The notes below the pieces were generated by a model. It did not search any database and was not told the DNA's origin. It saw only the letters and a list, made by a program, of their open reading frames with translations. A stretch of 64,000 bases of DNA from positions 17,794,001 through 17,858,000 of the forward strand of contig NC_091995.1 in assembly GCF_044704955.1 (NCBI RefSeq). The letters are read 5' to 3'. The stretch is from Pristiophorus japonicus. Lineage: Eukaryota. This document shows positions 1 through 14,300 of the stretch, in pieces (positions within the stretch are counted from its first letter, which is position 1; every line of letters begins with the position of its first letter). The position numbers and the translations under genes are program-made.

Positions 1-244
1 AATGATGGTGCAAGGCATAAAGAGAAGGTAATGGGACAAGAAAAGAAACGAAAGGTGTCTAGAAGAGGTGTAACTGGTTAACTTGAGAGATATTGGAACT
101 AGAAATGGAGCGTCTTTTTATTTTGGGTGCATTCTTAGGTCAAGCACAGAATGGATCTTTTAAAAAGTAACTCTGCCCTTTTCCAAATAATAAGCATTAA
201 CTTTAATTTCAGTACTCCTGATTGCGCCGGCGTGATACATATAT

Positions 245-790
245 AAGAACATTAGAATATAAGAATTAGCAGGAGTAGGCAATTTGGCCCGTCGTGCCTG
301 CTCCACCATTCAATAAGATCATCACTGATCATCGACCGCAATTAAACTTCGCAACCCCATCTCCATTTGCCTTGATTCCTCATGACTTCAAAAATCTATC
401 TATCTCATTCTTGAATATATTCAGATACTGACCATCCACAGCTCTCTGGGGTAGATAAGTCAAAAGATTCTTGACCCTCTGAGAAATATAGAAACATAGA
501 AACATAGAAAATAGGTGCAGGAGTAGGCCATTCGCCCCTTCGAGCCTGCACCGCCTTTCAATGAGTTCATGGCTGAACATGCAACTTCAGTACCCCATTC
601 CTGCTTTCTCGCCATCCCCTTGATCCCCCTAGTAGTAAGGACTACATCTAACTCTACCTATCTCATTCTTGAATATATTCAGAACTGAGCATCCACAGCT
701 CTTGGGGTAGAGAATTCCAAAGATTCACGACCCTCTGAGAGAAGAAATTCTTCCATTTCGCCGTCTTAAATGGGCGACTCCTTATTCTGA
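245..790 (-). mobile_element. CR1 3' end with a nested younger CR1 tail (490-653)
   Basis: Two CR1 tails; FFSQRVVNLWNSLP peptide. Confidence 0.75.
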
Positions 791-1749
791 AACAATGCAC
801 TGATTTCAAAATTACCCCGTGTGAGTTAGTCCCATTCCTTTTCCACATATCTTTGCAATATTTTCCTTCAAGTATTTGTCCACCTTCCCTTTTCAAAGCT
901 GCTATTGAATCTGTATCCACCACCCTATCAGGTAGACTACTGTGGCAATACATACTTTAGGAAGAACATATATTGTGCTTTCCTGGACCAGACCCAATAA
1001 TCCTAGTTACCTGGGAGCTGATCAGTCTGTAATATCTCTCTATCTCTTTCAGTCTCACTTTCTCTCACACAGAGATACGCACCCGTACGATTGGAACTCA
1101 TTTCTCTATTTATGCATAATGCTCTCCTCAACTCCCTTTCACATTCCAAACCATCACTTCTTGATTTATCTTGTCTCATCTCCTACTATTCCCAGCCTTG
1201 ATGTTGTCCCGCGCCATGGCCCATTGGCCTTTCACCTAAATAGCTCAATGAAAATATGCAATCTCAAAAGCATCAGCTTCTCTATGCTGAGCTCCCACTT
1301 AACTGCGGGACTGATTATATTACCGGGATATGATTCATTACCAAGACGCTGATATTTTAAGATGGCTAATCTCGTGTCTATGAGAATGTCCGCACAAACC
1401 AGATGTTTCTTTTAATTGCAGGTGAGCTGATCATGAATATAAAATTGGTTGAATCTACAATCCGTTATTGAGAAACGCAAAGATTAAGATTGGACCAGGT
1501 TGGCAGATCACTTATTGTATACATATATACGAAACAAAAGGGAGGACATCGCTGTGGGTAATTAATAACGTGTTAAGTCATGCAATATTTCATTCAAGTC
1601 ATTATGAAATCCATGGAAATGATACTCAATCCCTTTCAATAACAGGTGGCCACATCGCAGCTCCTGTTTTACGCCTAGGCGGCAAATTGACAAACTCCCC
1701 TATATGATGGACCTGGTGTGTCAGAAAATGATATTAAAACGCTGCTTAC

Positions 1750-1792
1750 CGGAGAACATAGTGCTTTCCCAGGAAACTGCAGCCCAATTCAT
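1750..1792 (-). CDS. Leader exon of a second gene-A paralogue (rest lies left of the window)
   Basis: MNWAAVSWESTMFS G|GTAAGC, 43 nt, inside the block paralogous to 58531-59990. Confidence 0.72.
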
Positions 1793-3309
1793 TATCCCTG
1801 TGGACTGTGGAATAATTTCAGAAAATAAATTCAGGTATTGCAGAGAGAGGAATATTTGAGTAACGTGCAGTGCGAGAGTACAGCCGAGTTAGTGTCCAGA
1901 TGTGTGGTAATATTGCCGTTCCTTCATGGTCGCTGGGTCAAAATACTGGAACTACCTATTTAACAGCATTGTAGGAGTACATTCACCAGATGGACTACAG
2001 CGGTTCAAGAAGGCGGCTCACCACCATCTTCTCAAGGGCAATCAGGAATGGGCAATAAGTGTTGGCCTTGCCCGCGATGCCAACATCCCATGAAAGAATT
2101 AAGTAAAAGAAAATAAGAAATAGGATATGGAGGAGGCCGTTTGGACCCTCGTGCCTGATCACAGCTAGTCTTCTACCTCAAATCCACGTTCCTGCACTAT
2201 CCCCATTTCGCTTCATTCCCTTTGTTCCCCAAAATTTCTTGACTTCTCTCTTGAATATAGTCATTCGGCAGAACCAGTCGATGCTGGAGTTTATGATAGA
2301 ATCATAGAATCATAGAAATTTCCAGCATGGAAGGAGACAATTCTATTCAGCCCATCGTGTCCGTGCGGCTGACAAAGAGCTATCGAGCCTAATCCCACTT
2401 TCCAGCTCTTGGTCCGTAGTCTATTAGGTTATGGCCCTTCAACTGCATATACAAGTAATTTTTAAGTTTGGTAAGTGATTCTGTCTCTACCACCCTTTCA
2501 GGCAGTGAGTTCCAGACCCACATCACCGTCTAGATGAAAATGTTTCCCTCAAATTCCCTCTACACCTCTGACCAATTACCTTGAATCTATGCCCCCTGGC
2601 TGTTTATCTCTCTGCTCAGAGAAGTATGTCCGTTGTGTCCATAGTATCTAGGTCCCTCACAATTTATGCACCTCAATTTTCTCTCCCCCCTGCCTCCTCT
2701 GTTCCAAATAAATAAACCCCAGCCTATTCAATCATAGATAAAATTCTGCAGTTGAGGCAACATCCTCGTAAATCTCCTCTGTACCCTCTCAAATGCAATC
2801 ACATCATTCCTGTAATGTGGTGAGCAGAAATGCAAGTAGCACCCTAGCTGAGGCCTAACTGGTGTTTTATACAGTTCAAGCATAACCTCCCAGATCTTAT
2901 ATTCAATTCTTCGGCTAATAAAGGCAAGTATCTCATATGCCTTCTTAATCAACTTATCTTCCAGTCCTGTTACATTCTGCCATATGGGACATTATCAAAG
3001 GCCTTACTATATCAATATACCCTAATCAAATGCACTACCCTCATCAACCTTCCTTATTACCTCCTCAAAAAATGTAATCAAGTTCGTCAGATGTGACCTT
3101 CCCTTAAGAAATCCACGCAAACTACCCTTGATTAAACCATCTCTTTCGAAGTGAAAATTTATCCTGTCCCTTGGAATTTTTTCCAATATTTTTCGCACCA
3201 CTGAGGTTACACTGATTGGCCTAAAATTACTTGTGATATCGCTTTCTCCCTTTTTAAAGAACAGTATAATGTGAGTAGTCCTCTCTTCCTCCGACATCAA
3301 ACCTGTAGC

Positions 3310-6300
3310 TTGAGGCAGATTGGGAGGCCAGCATTGCGAGAGCGGGTGGCGCAGGAGGATAAAGGGCGGTGGCAGTGACTGGGAGCAGCGGCAGATCGGG
3401 AGGCTAGCTGGTGCAGGGGTAAAAGGTAAACAAAGAAGCAAAAATAAATCAAAGTGTGACGTTACAGCGAGGCGGGTAAGTGATTATTGAGTATTTAATC
3501 TTTTTCTTTTTCTTTTTATTTCCTGAGCAATAAGGAACCGTCATTGTTGCCAAGTTAAATTGATTTAAGGGTTAACTCATGGCAGGAGAGCCGAGACCCG
3601 TGCCATGCTCCGCCTGTGCTATGTGGGAAATCAGGGATGCTTCCAGTGTCCCTGATTTCCCACATGTGTGCAGGAAGTGTGTCCAGATGCAGCTCCAGGC
3701 AGACCGCATTGCAGTACTGGAGTTGCGCATCGATTTACACTGGAGCATCCACAATGCTGAGGATGTCATGAAAAGCACGTTTAGTGAGTTGGTCACACCT
3801 CAGGTAAAGGTTTCTCAGGCAGATAGAGAATGGGGGACCATCAGGCAGAGCAGTGGAGGGAAGGTAGTGCAGGGGTCCCCTGTGGTCATCTCCCTCCCAA
3901 ACAGATACACCGTTTTGGGTACGGTTGGGGTAGATGACTCATTAGGGAAAGGTAGCAGCAGCCAAGTTCATGTCACAATGGATGGCTCTGCTGCACAGGA
4001 GGGCAAGAAGAAGAGTGGGAGAGCTTTAGTGGTAGGGGATTCTATTGTCAGGGGAATAGATCGGCTTTTCTATGGTCTTAATCGAGACACCAGGATGTTA
4101 TGTTGCCTCCCTGGTGGAAGGGTCAAGGATGTGTCAGAGCGGCTGCAGGTCATTCTGGAGGGGGAGGGTATACAGCTAATTGTTGTGGTACATATAGGTA
4201 CCAACGATATAGGTAAAATATGGCATGAGGTCCTACAAGCTGAATTTAGGGAGCTAGGAATTAAATTAAAAAGTAGGACCTCAAAATAGTAAACTCAGGA
4301 TTGCTACCAGTGCCACGTGCTAGACAGAGTAGAAATAGCAGGATAGTTAAGATGAATACATGGCTTGAGGAATGGTGCATGAGGGAGGGATTCAAATTCC
4401 TGGGACATTGGAATTGTTTCTGGGGGAGGTGGGACCTGTAGAAACCGGATGGTCTGCACCTGGGCAGGACCGGAACCAATATCCTAGGGGGAGGGTTTAA
4501 ACTAATATCGCAGGGGGATCAGAATCTATGCAGGGAGACAGATGGAAGTAAAATGGGAACAGAAGCAAAAGGTAGAAAGGAGATAAGTAAAGTTGGAGGG
4601 CAGAGAAATCAAAGGCAAAAAACAAAAAGGGCCACATTTCAACACAATTCTAAAAGGACAAAGAGTGTTAAAAAAACAAACCTGAAGGCTCTGTGCCTCT
4701 ATGCGAGGAACGTTCCTAATAAGGTGGATGAATCAACTGCGCTGATAACTGGTAACGGATGTGATTTAATTCCGATTACAGAGACATGGCTCCAGATTGA
4801 CCAGGGCTGGGAACTCAACTTCCAGGGCTATTCAACACTCAGGAAGGATAGACAGAAAGGAAAAGGAGATCGTGTAGCATTGCTGGTTAAAGAGGAGATT
4901 AACGCAATAGTAACGATGATGTCGAATCTGTATGGGTGGAGCTGCAGAATACCAAAGGTCAGATAACGCTAGTGGGAGTTGTGTACAGACCATCAAACAG
5001 TGACAGTGAGGTTGGGGATGGCATCTAGTAGGAAATTAAGGATGTGTGCAATAATATCATGGGTGACTTTAATCTATATATAAATTGGGACAACCAAACT
5101 GGTAGCAACATGGTGGAGGAGGATTTCCTGGAATGTATAAAGGATGGTTCTCCAGACCAATATGTCGAGGAACCAATTAGAGAGCAGGCCATCCTAGACT
5201 GTGCTTTGTGTAATGAAAGAGGATTAATTAGCAATCTTGTTGTGCGAAGCCTCTTGGGGAAGAGTGGCCATAATATGGTAGAATTCATCAATAAGATGGA
5301 GAGTGACACAGTTAATTCATAGAAACATAGAAACATACAAAATAGGTGAAGGAGTAGGCCATTCGGTCCTTCGAGTCTGCACCGCCATTCAATGAGTTCA
5401 TGGCTGAACATGGAACTTCAGCACCCCATTTCTGCTTTCTCGCCATACCCCTTGATACCCCTAGTAGTCAGGACTACATCTAACTACTTTTTGAATATAC
5501 TTAGTGAATTGGCCTGAACAATTTTCTGTGGTAGAGAATTCTACAGGTTCACCACTCTCTGGGTGAAGATGTTTCTCCTCATCTCGGTCCTAAATGGCTT
5601 CCCCTTATCCTTAGACTGTGACCCCTGGTTCTGGACTTCCCCAACATTGGGAACATTCTTCCTGCATCTAACCTGTCTAAACCTGTCAGAATTTTAAACG
5701 TTTCTATGAGATCCCCTCTCATTCTTCTGAACTCCAGTGAATACAAGCCCAGTTGATCCAGTCTTTCTTGATATGTCAGTCGCGCTATCCCGGGAATCAG
5801 TCTGGTGAACCTTCGCTGCACTCTCTCAATAGCAAGAATATCCTTCCTCAAGTTAGGAGATCAAAACTGTACACAATACTCCAGGTGTGGCCTCACCAAG
5901 GCCCTGTACAACTGTAGTAACTCCTCCCTGCCCCTGTACTCATATCCCCTCGATATGAAGGCCAACATGCCATTTGCTTTCCTAACCGCCTGCTGTACCT
6001 GCATGCCAACCTTCAATGACTGATGTACCATGACACCCAGGTCTCGTTGCACCTCCCCTTTTTCTAATCTGTCACCTTTCAGATATTAGTCTATCTCTCT
6101 GTTTTTACCACCCAAGTGGATAACCTCACATTTATCCACATTATACTTCATCTGCCATGCATTTGCTCACTCACCTAACCTATCCAAGTCACACTGCAGC
6201 CTCATAGCATCCTCCTCGCAGCTCACACTGCCACCCAACTTAGTGTCATCCGCAAATTTGGAGACACTAAATTTAATCCCTTCGTCTAAATCATTAAAGT

Positions 6301-8678
6301 ACAATGTAAACAGCTGCGGTCCCAGCAAAGAACCTTGCGGTACCCCACTAGTCACTGCCTGCCATTCTGAAAAGTACCCATTTACTCCTACTCTTTGATT
6401 CCTGTCTGCCAACCAGCTCTCAATCCACGTCAGCACAATAACCACCATTCCCATGTGCGTTAACTTTGCAGATTAGGGTCCTGAATTTAAAGAAAGGTAA
6501 CTTCGATGGAATGAGACGTGAATTGGCCCTGATAGACTGGCGAATGATACTTAAAGGGTTGACAGTGGATATGCAATGGCATTTATTTAAAGACACATGG
6601 ATGAACTTCAACAATTGTACATCCCTGTCTGGCGTAAAAATAAAATGGGGAAGGTGGCTTAATTGTGGCAAACAAGGGAAATTAGGGATAGTGTTAAATC
6701 CAATGAAGAGGCATATAAATTGGCCATAAAAAGCAGCAAACCTGATGACTGGGAGACATTTAGAATTCAGCACAGGAGGAAAATAGAGTATGAGAGTAAG
6801 TTTGCAGGGAACATAAAATTGATTGTAAAAGCTTCTATAGATTTGTGAAGAGAAAACGATTAGTGAAGACAAATGTAGTCCCCTTTCAGTCTGAATCAGG
6901 TGAATTTATAATGGGGAACAAATATGTGGCAGACCAAATGAACAAATACTTTGGTTCTGCCTTCACTACGGAAGACACAAACAATCTTCCGGAAATATTG
7001 GGGACTGAGGTTCTAGCGAGAAGGAAGAACTGAAGGTTATCCTTATTAGTCAGGAAATTGTGTTAGGGAAATTGATGGGATTTAAGGCCGATAAATCCCG
7101 AAAGCCTGATAGTCTGCATCCCAGAGTACTTAAGGAAGTGGCCCTAGAAATAGTGGACGCATTGGTGGTCATTTTCCAACATTCTATAGACTCTGGATCT
7201 GTTCCTATGGATTGGAGGGTAGCTAATGTAACCTCACTTTTTTAAAAAGGAGGGAGAGAGAAAACACGGAATTATAGTCGAGTTAGCCTGTCATCGGTAG
7301 TGAGAAAATGTTGGAATCAATTATTAAAGATGTAACAGCAGTGCAGTTGGAAAGCAGTGACAGGATCAGTCCAAGTCAGCATGGATTTATGAAAGGGAAA
7401 TCATGCTTGACAAACCTTCTAGAATTTTTTGAGGATGTAACTAGCAGAGTGGACAAGGGAGAACCAGTGGATGTGGTGTATTTGGACTTTCAAAAGACTA
7501 TTGACAATGTCCCACACAAGTGATTAGTGTGCAAAATTAAAGCACATGGTATTGGGGCTAATGTATTGACGTGGATAGAGAACTGGTTGGCAGACAGGAA
7601 GCAAAGAGTAGGAATAAACGGGTTCTTTTCAGAATGGCAGGCAGTGACTTGCGGGGTACCACAAGGTTCAGTGCTGGGACACCAGCTATTTACAATATAC
7701 ATTAATGATTTGGACGAAGGAATTGAATGTAATACCTCCAAGTTTGCAGATGACACTAATCTGAGTGACGGTGTGAGATGTGAGGAGGATGCTAAGAGGC
7801 TGCAGGGTGATTTGGACAGGTTAGGTGAGAGAGCAAATACATAGCAGATGCAGTATAATGTAGATAAAGGGGAGATTAGCCGCTTTTGTGGCAAAAAGAG
7901 GGAGGCAGAATATAATCTGCATGGTGACAGATTAGAAAAAGGGGAGGTGCAACGAGATCTGGGTGCCATGGTACATCAGTCATTGAAAGTTGGCATGCAG
8001 GTACAGCAGGCGGTGAAGAAGGCAAATGGCATGTTGGCCTTCATAGCGAGAGGATTTGAGTATAGGAGCAGTGAGGTCTTACTGCAATTGTACAGCGCCA
8101 TGGTGAGGCCACACATTGAATATTGTGTGCAGTTTTGATCCCCTAATCTGAGGAAGGGCATTCTTGCTATTGAGGAAGTGCAGCGAAGGTTCACCAGACT
8201 GATTCTCGGGATGGCAGGATTGACATATGAAGAAAGACTGGATCGACTTGGCTTATATTCACTGGAATTTAGAAGAATGAGAGGGGATCTCATAGAAACA
8301 TATAAAATTCTGACGGGATTTGGCTGGTTAGAAGCAGGAAGAATGTTCCCGATGTTGGGAAAGTCCAGAACCAGGGATCACAGTCTAAGGATAAGGGGTA
8401 AGCCATTTAGGACCGAGATGAGGAGAAACGTCTTCACTCAGAGAGTTGTGAATCTGTGGAATTCTCTACCACAGAAATGTAGAGTGCATTTCGTTAGATA
8501 TATTCAAAAGGGTGTTAGATGAGGCCCTTACTGCTAAAGGGATCAAGGGGTATGGAGAGAAAGCAGTAATGGATACCGAAGTTGCATGATCAGCCATGAT
8601 CATATTGAATGGTGATGCAGGCTCGAGGGGCCGAATTGCCTAATCCTGCAACTATTTTCTATGTTTCTATTTTTCTAT
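3310..8678 (+). mobile_element. Near full-length decayed CR1 LINE (ORF1 Zn-finger + SGNH esterase; ORF2 APE-RT)
   Basis: ORF1 from 3579: CxxC..CxxC, GDS, GTND, DGLH. ORF2 fragments ETWL, GDFN, QHGF, GVPQGS, FADD; (TTTCTATG)n tail. Interrupted by 5318-6470. Confidence 0.9.
5318..6470 (-). mobile_element. 5'-truncated young CR1 nested in the preceding element
   Basis: (ATAGAAAC)n tail at 5318; RT C-terminal peptides FADDTKL, RPHLEYCVQF, QRRFTRLIPG. Confidence 0.9.
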
Positions 8679-9929
8679 GCTAGGAAAATGATGGTCGGAG
8701 CTTCTGCTCTTTCCACATTTGCTTTTCTTAACAGCCTGGGATACATTTCATCCGAGTCTGGGCATTTGTCCACTTTCAAAGATGCTCAATCCCTTAATAC
8801 TTCCCTTCTCACTATGTTTATTTTATCTAATGTTTCACTCTCCTCCTCCGCCAATTTTGGCATTGCCCTCTCTTTTCTTAAAACAGATGCAAAATATGCA
8901 TCACGCACCATACCTCTGCCTTCCGCCTCCACGGGTCTCTAGGGCCCTAATCTTTCTTTAGTTATCCTCTTCCTTTAATGTATTTATAAAACATGTTTCG
9001 GTATTGTTTGACTTTACTTGTCAATCTTTTCCCTGTTCTCTCTTTGCTTTCCTAATTTCCTTTTTAATTGCACCTCTGCACTTTGTATACTACTGTAGAA
9101 TGTCTGCAGTATTGAGCCCTTGGTATCTGTAATAAGCCTCCCTTTTTTTAAGCTGGTACCCCGTCTGCCCTTTGGCATGCAGAGGGCTCTAGATTTGCTG
9201 ATCCCGCCGTTTTACTTGAATGGAACATACTTGTTCTTAACCCTCACGATCTCCTCCTTGAATGCCTCCCAATGCTCTGACACTGATTTACCTTCAAGAG
9301 GCTTGTTTCAGTCCACTTTGGACAAGTGATATCTCAGCTTCGTAAAATTGGCTTTTCCCCAATTGAGGAATTTTCATTCCTAGTTTATCTTTGCCCTTTT
9401 CCATAACTACGCTAATTCTAACTAAATTATGATCACTATCACCAACATACCCCTTCAACCTGCCTGGATTAATTCCCTAAAACTAAGTCCAGAACCAGCA
9501 CCTCCCTTGTTTGGCTTGCTATTTACTCTCTAAAAAAAGTTACACTTAATGCTGCACCCTCTATACTCTTCACACTAATTCTATTCCAGTTAATATTAGC
9601 ATAGTTGAAATCTCAAGCTACTACTGCCCTATAGTATATGCGCCACTCGAGCCACCTCCTGTCTTTCCTCATCTAAATATATCAGCATAATCTTCTATCC
9701 CCTCCTCCTTCATATACTGGTCTAGCCACCACCGCCCCCCCCCCACCCTTCAATGCATCTGTACTATTCACTTCAAACTCTCCCTGTGGTAGAGTGCCAC
9801 ATTCTCAGCACCCTCTGCGTAAAGAAGTTTCTTCTGAATTCCCTAATTGATTTCTTCGTGAATATTTATATTGACGGCCTCTAGTTATAATCTTCCTCAC
9901 AAGTGGAAACACTATAAAAACCTATGACG

Positions 9930-11950
9930 AAATAATGGATCAACTAGGCTTATATTCACTGGAATTTAGAAGAATGAGAGGGATCTCATAGAAACATATA
10001 GAATTCTGACGGGATTGGACAGGTTAGAGGTAGGAAGAATGTTCCCGATGTTGGGGAAGTCCAGAAGCAGGGGTAACAGTCTAAGGATAAGGGGTTAGGA
10101 CCGAGATGAGGAGAAACTTTTTCAGTCAGAGAATTGTGAACATGTGGAATTTTCTACCACAGAAAGTTGTTGAGACCAGTTTGTTAGATATATTCAAAAG
10201 GGTGTTAGATGAGGGCCTTATGGCTAATCAAGGGATATGGAAAGAAAGCAATAATGGGTACTGAAGTTGCATGATGAGCCATGATCTTATTGAATGGTGG
10301 TGCAGGCTCAAAGGACCGAATGGCCTACTCCTGCAAATACTTTCTATGTTTTGATATATCTTTCATAATGTTAAAAAGCACTATTAGATCACCCCTCAGC
10401 TTTCTTTATCGGGAGAAAAAATACCCAGCCTGTTCATCATTTCCTGATATATGTACCCGCGCATTTCTGGTATTATCCTTGTAAATCTTCTCTGCACCCT
10501 CTCCAATGTCTCTATATCCTTTTAATAACAAGGCAACCAGAACTGTACACAATACTCCAAGTGTGGTCTAACCAAGGTTCGTTACAAATTTAGCATAGCT
10601 TCCTTACTTTTCAATTCTCTCCCTCTAGAAATAAACCCTAGTGCTTGGTTTGCCTTTTTTCATGTTGAGGGGAACATTTTCAACAAGAGACTGGAGGGGA
10701 ACTGGAACTCACTGCCTGAAAAGGTGGTAGATGCAGATTCCCTCATCATATTTAAAACATATTTCAATATGAATTTGAATTGCTGCTACCTGCATGGCTA
10801 CTGATAATGTGCAGGATCCCATGAGCTTTCGCGAAAGTAAAAGCCCATGGGATCCAAGGCAAAATGGCAAGTTGTATCCAAAATTCGCTGAGAGGCAGGA
10901 AGCAAAGGGTAAAGGGCGATGGGTGTTTTCTTGAATGGAAGGCTGTTTCCAAAAGGGTTCCGTGGGGCTCGGTATTAGGTCCCTTGCCTTTTATGGTATT
11001 TATCAATGATTTAGACTTGAATGTAATGTATGATTAAGAAGTTTGCAGGTTATACAAAAATTGGCCGTGTGGTTGATAATGAAGAAGGAAGCTGTAGATT
11101 GCAGGAAGAAATCAATGAACTGGCCAGGTGGCAGAATAGTGGCAAATGGAATACAATCCAGAGAAGTGTGAGTTAATGCATTTGGGGAGGGCTAACAAGG
11201 CAAGGTAATAAACAATAAATGGTAGGACACTGTGAAGCATATGGAGAAAGGGACCTGGAGCGCCTGTCCACATATCTCTGAATGTAGCAGGACAGGTACA
11301 TAATATGGTTAAGGAGGCATATGGAATATTTGCCTTTATTAGCTGAGGCTTAGAATACAGGATCAAGGAGGTAATGCTTGAACTGTATGAAACTGTATCG
11401 TTAGGCCACAACTAGAATATTGCGTGCAGTTCTGGTCAGCACATTGCAGGAAAGAACTGATTGCATTCGAGATGTTCCAGAGGAGATTTACGTGGATGTT
11501 GCCTGGACTGGAGAATTTTAGTTATGATGAAAGATTGGATAGGCAGAGTTTGTTTTTGTTGGAACGGAGGAGGCTGAGGGGAGACCTTATTGAGGTGCAT
11601 AAAAAGGTGAGGGACCTTTTTAGAGTGGATAGGAAGCAACTATTTTATTAGCAGAGCGGACAACAAGCCGGAGGCATAGATTTAAAGTAATTGGTAGGAG
11701 GTTTAGAGCGGATTTGAGGTGAATATTTTGCACCCAGAGGGTTGTGGGGTCTGGAACACACTGCTTGAAAGGGTAGTAGAGGCAGAGACCTTTACCACAT
11801 TTAAAAAGTACTTGGATATGCACATGAAGTGCACTGCAAGGCTACGGACCAAGAGCTGGAAAGGGGGACTAACCTGGATAGATCATTTTTTCGCTGACAC
11901 AGACAAAATGACCCATTGGTCCCATTCAGTTCTGTAAGTTTCTTTGATTC
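9930..11950 (+). mobile_element. CR1 fragments (+ strand 9930-10350 and 10810-11950, with intervening minus-strand pieces)
   Basis: RRLRGDLIEV, QFWS and GVWNTL-type peptides and CR1 3' tails. Confidence 0.7.
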
Positions 11951-14300
11951 GACAAGAATTACATATCCAGTCTATGTGATCAAATCCCCTTGAAGGATAT
12001 TTTATTGGAGTATTTGAAGCGTTTCTAAGTGAACAATTTAACATCTTCCTTAAAATGACCTGTACAATTATTGCACATGAAGTTGATAAGTTTCCTTTTG
12101 TGTCATTGCTTACTGGCAGAATGTAACTTTAAGGCCCAGGCATAAAATCCAAATTTTAGGCAGTTGCTGTGGATTTTGGACTGTTGCTGTTGTAATTCCA
12201 TGTCATGAAACTATCTTGAAAGGAGGACGGAGCTGACACAGAATGGTATGGAGTTCACTCATGCTTTCCTCAGCAACGTGCAGTGTCGACTCAATTAATG
12301 AACGGTCCTTCTAGCTTAAATTAGGTGAGTGCAAGTTAGAAACAATACCATATATCTTTTTGACCGAGCAGCTTTTGACCTCCAACACCTGGGACTCCAG
12401 TTATAGATGCTGCACGCTTCTCGTTGTCTTTAATAGATGCGGCATTTGCCTCAAGTGCGTTTGCAGAATCTCATTGCTTGTGTGCATCCCACTGAATTTA
12501 TGGGGCTACGTGCAGATTAGCACACCCGACATGAACTTTAGTAACTTGCAGATGAGCCAAAATCGGTACAGAAAACACGTCAATAAAGAATTGCAAAATA
12601 ACCCAGATAATTCCTTCTTTAAATATGAAACGTCTTGAAAAGCAACCGCGACCAACGTAAAATAATAATTTGATTTTGGTCATTTTGATTAGAGTGATGA
12701 GGGAATTTAGGGGCTGCATGAAAAATCTCAGGAAGTTATTTACATAATTGACCCCGGCCATCCTGCTGAAGTAACTGATTCATGGTTTGTCTGTTGTTAC
12801 ACAGGTGGCAGGCCTCAGCCGCTCCACAAGTGGACATCTTGATCTCTGAGCCCGGACAATGATTGATGGGGTGCTATTCAACTAAGACCAACCCCACACC
12901 CCACCCAGCCGAATGTTATGTACCGAACAATGTCAGCATATGACTGGTTGGGCACAGTGTTTAATTCTGGCTCAAGTATCATATTCTCTCAGCTGTACTT
13001 TTGTTCTGAACCTTTAATCCGTGTGTCACAGAGGAGGCATTTTGACCGCCTTTTCTCACCTCACTAATATTGCCCGCCTCCGCCCCTGTCTCAGCACTTC
13101 TGCTGCGGAAATCCTCATTCATTCCTTTCTTACTTCGACTTGACTACTTCAACTCACTCCTGGTGGCCTTCCACATTCCACACTACGTAAACTTGAAGTC
13201 ATCCAAAACTCAGCAGCCCATATACCACACCAAGTCAAGAACATCCATCATCACTTTGCTTTCTGATCTACATTGGCTCCCGGTTAAACAACGCCTCGGT
13301 TTCAAAATCCTCATCCTTCAATACAGTTCATTCCATGGACTTGCCCCTCCCTATCTCTGTAATCTTTTTCAGCCTCACAACCCCACAAGATGTCTGCCCT
13401 CCTCAAATTCTGGCCTCTTGAGCACCCTGATTATAACTCCTCAACCATTGGTGGCTGTGCTTTCAGCTGCCTGGGCCCTAAGCTCTGGAACTCCCTCCCA
13501 AAACCTCTACGCCTCTCTCCCTATCTTTCCTCCTTTAAGATGCTCATTAAAACCTACTTCTTTAAACAAGCTTTTGACCATCTGCCTTAAATTCTTCTGT
13601 GGCTATCTGTCTGTAACAGTGTTGTGAAGCACTTTGGGACGTTTTACTACCTTAAAGGCGCTATAAAATAAAAGTTATTATTGTTGTTATCATTTGAAGG
13701 CATCGCGTTACTTCCTGCAAGGTGGAGGATGCTTACTTATATAGTCATTAACCAACTGGCAAGGTTGGGCCCGGGCCCTCGCTTCAAGTACAATGTAACC
13801 CAAACCTGCCAAGTGCCGCCCAGGTTAATATGTATCGGTATTTTTCTATTTGTGTTGATAGTTCATATCATCAGACCAGAATTAATGCTGCTCAGCACAA
13901 AGAAAACGTTTATGCTCTTGTTTGTGATAATGCAAAGTAAAAATCAATGAATACGTGACAATATAACGAGGAAGTTTCCCAGGGCACTAACACCCTGATG
14001 AGTTAGACTCCACATAGGCAGCCGTCCGCTCATCTACTGCTCTTGTCCAAATAGAGCCAAGGCACACTTTATCCCTCGGTGAAAGGGTCGCAGTTGCTTT
14101 GTATAGCTATAGCAAAACATGCTCCCCTTTATATTCTAGCCCTCTACATATAAAGGATGACATTTCATTAGTCATTTCGATTAATTTTCGATCTGATCGC
14201 TACATTTTAGTGATCCGTGTACATAGACCTCTAACTCTCTTTGTACCTCCACTGTTCTTAGCTTATCACCGTTTTAAATATATATTTATCCATCCTGTAC
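11890..14300. repeat. Segmental duplication block, direct paralogue of ~61920-63790
   Basis: Co-linear, e.g. gctttcctcagcaacgtgcagtgtcga at ~12263 and ~62294; tctgagcccggacaa at ~12845 and ~62873. Confidence 0.9.
13047..13693 (+). mobile_element. L2-clade LINE 3' end
   Basis: RLDYFNSLL, LHWLPV, GPKLWNSLP; tail aaggcgctatataaata(aagtt). Absent from the paralogous block at ~63075. Confidence 0.85.

Larger units (their letters stand above)
1..1900. repeat. Segmental duplication block, direct paralogue of 58531-59990
   Basis: Co-linear unique sequence, e.g. aatgatggtgcaaggcataa at 1 vs aatgttgatgcaaggcataa at 58531, including the leader exon. Confidence 0.9.
2300..9640 (-). mobile_element. Older CR1 host element split into 2300-3305 and 8680-9640
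   Basis: (ATCATAGA)n tail at ~2300; RT peptides at 2728-3441; ORF2 sequence resumes after 8680. Confidence 0.7.

Noticed and set aside
11950-13040. Conserved non-coding element or hidden exons
   Set aside because: Similarity to 62-63 kb is explained by the segmental duplication; I found no shared open frame or retained splice sites.
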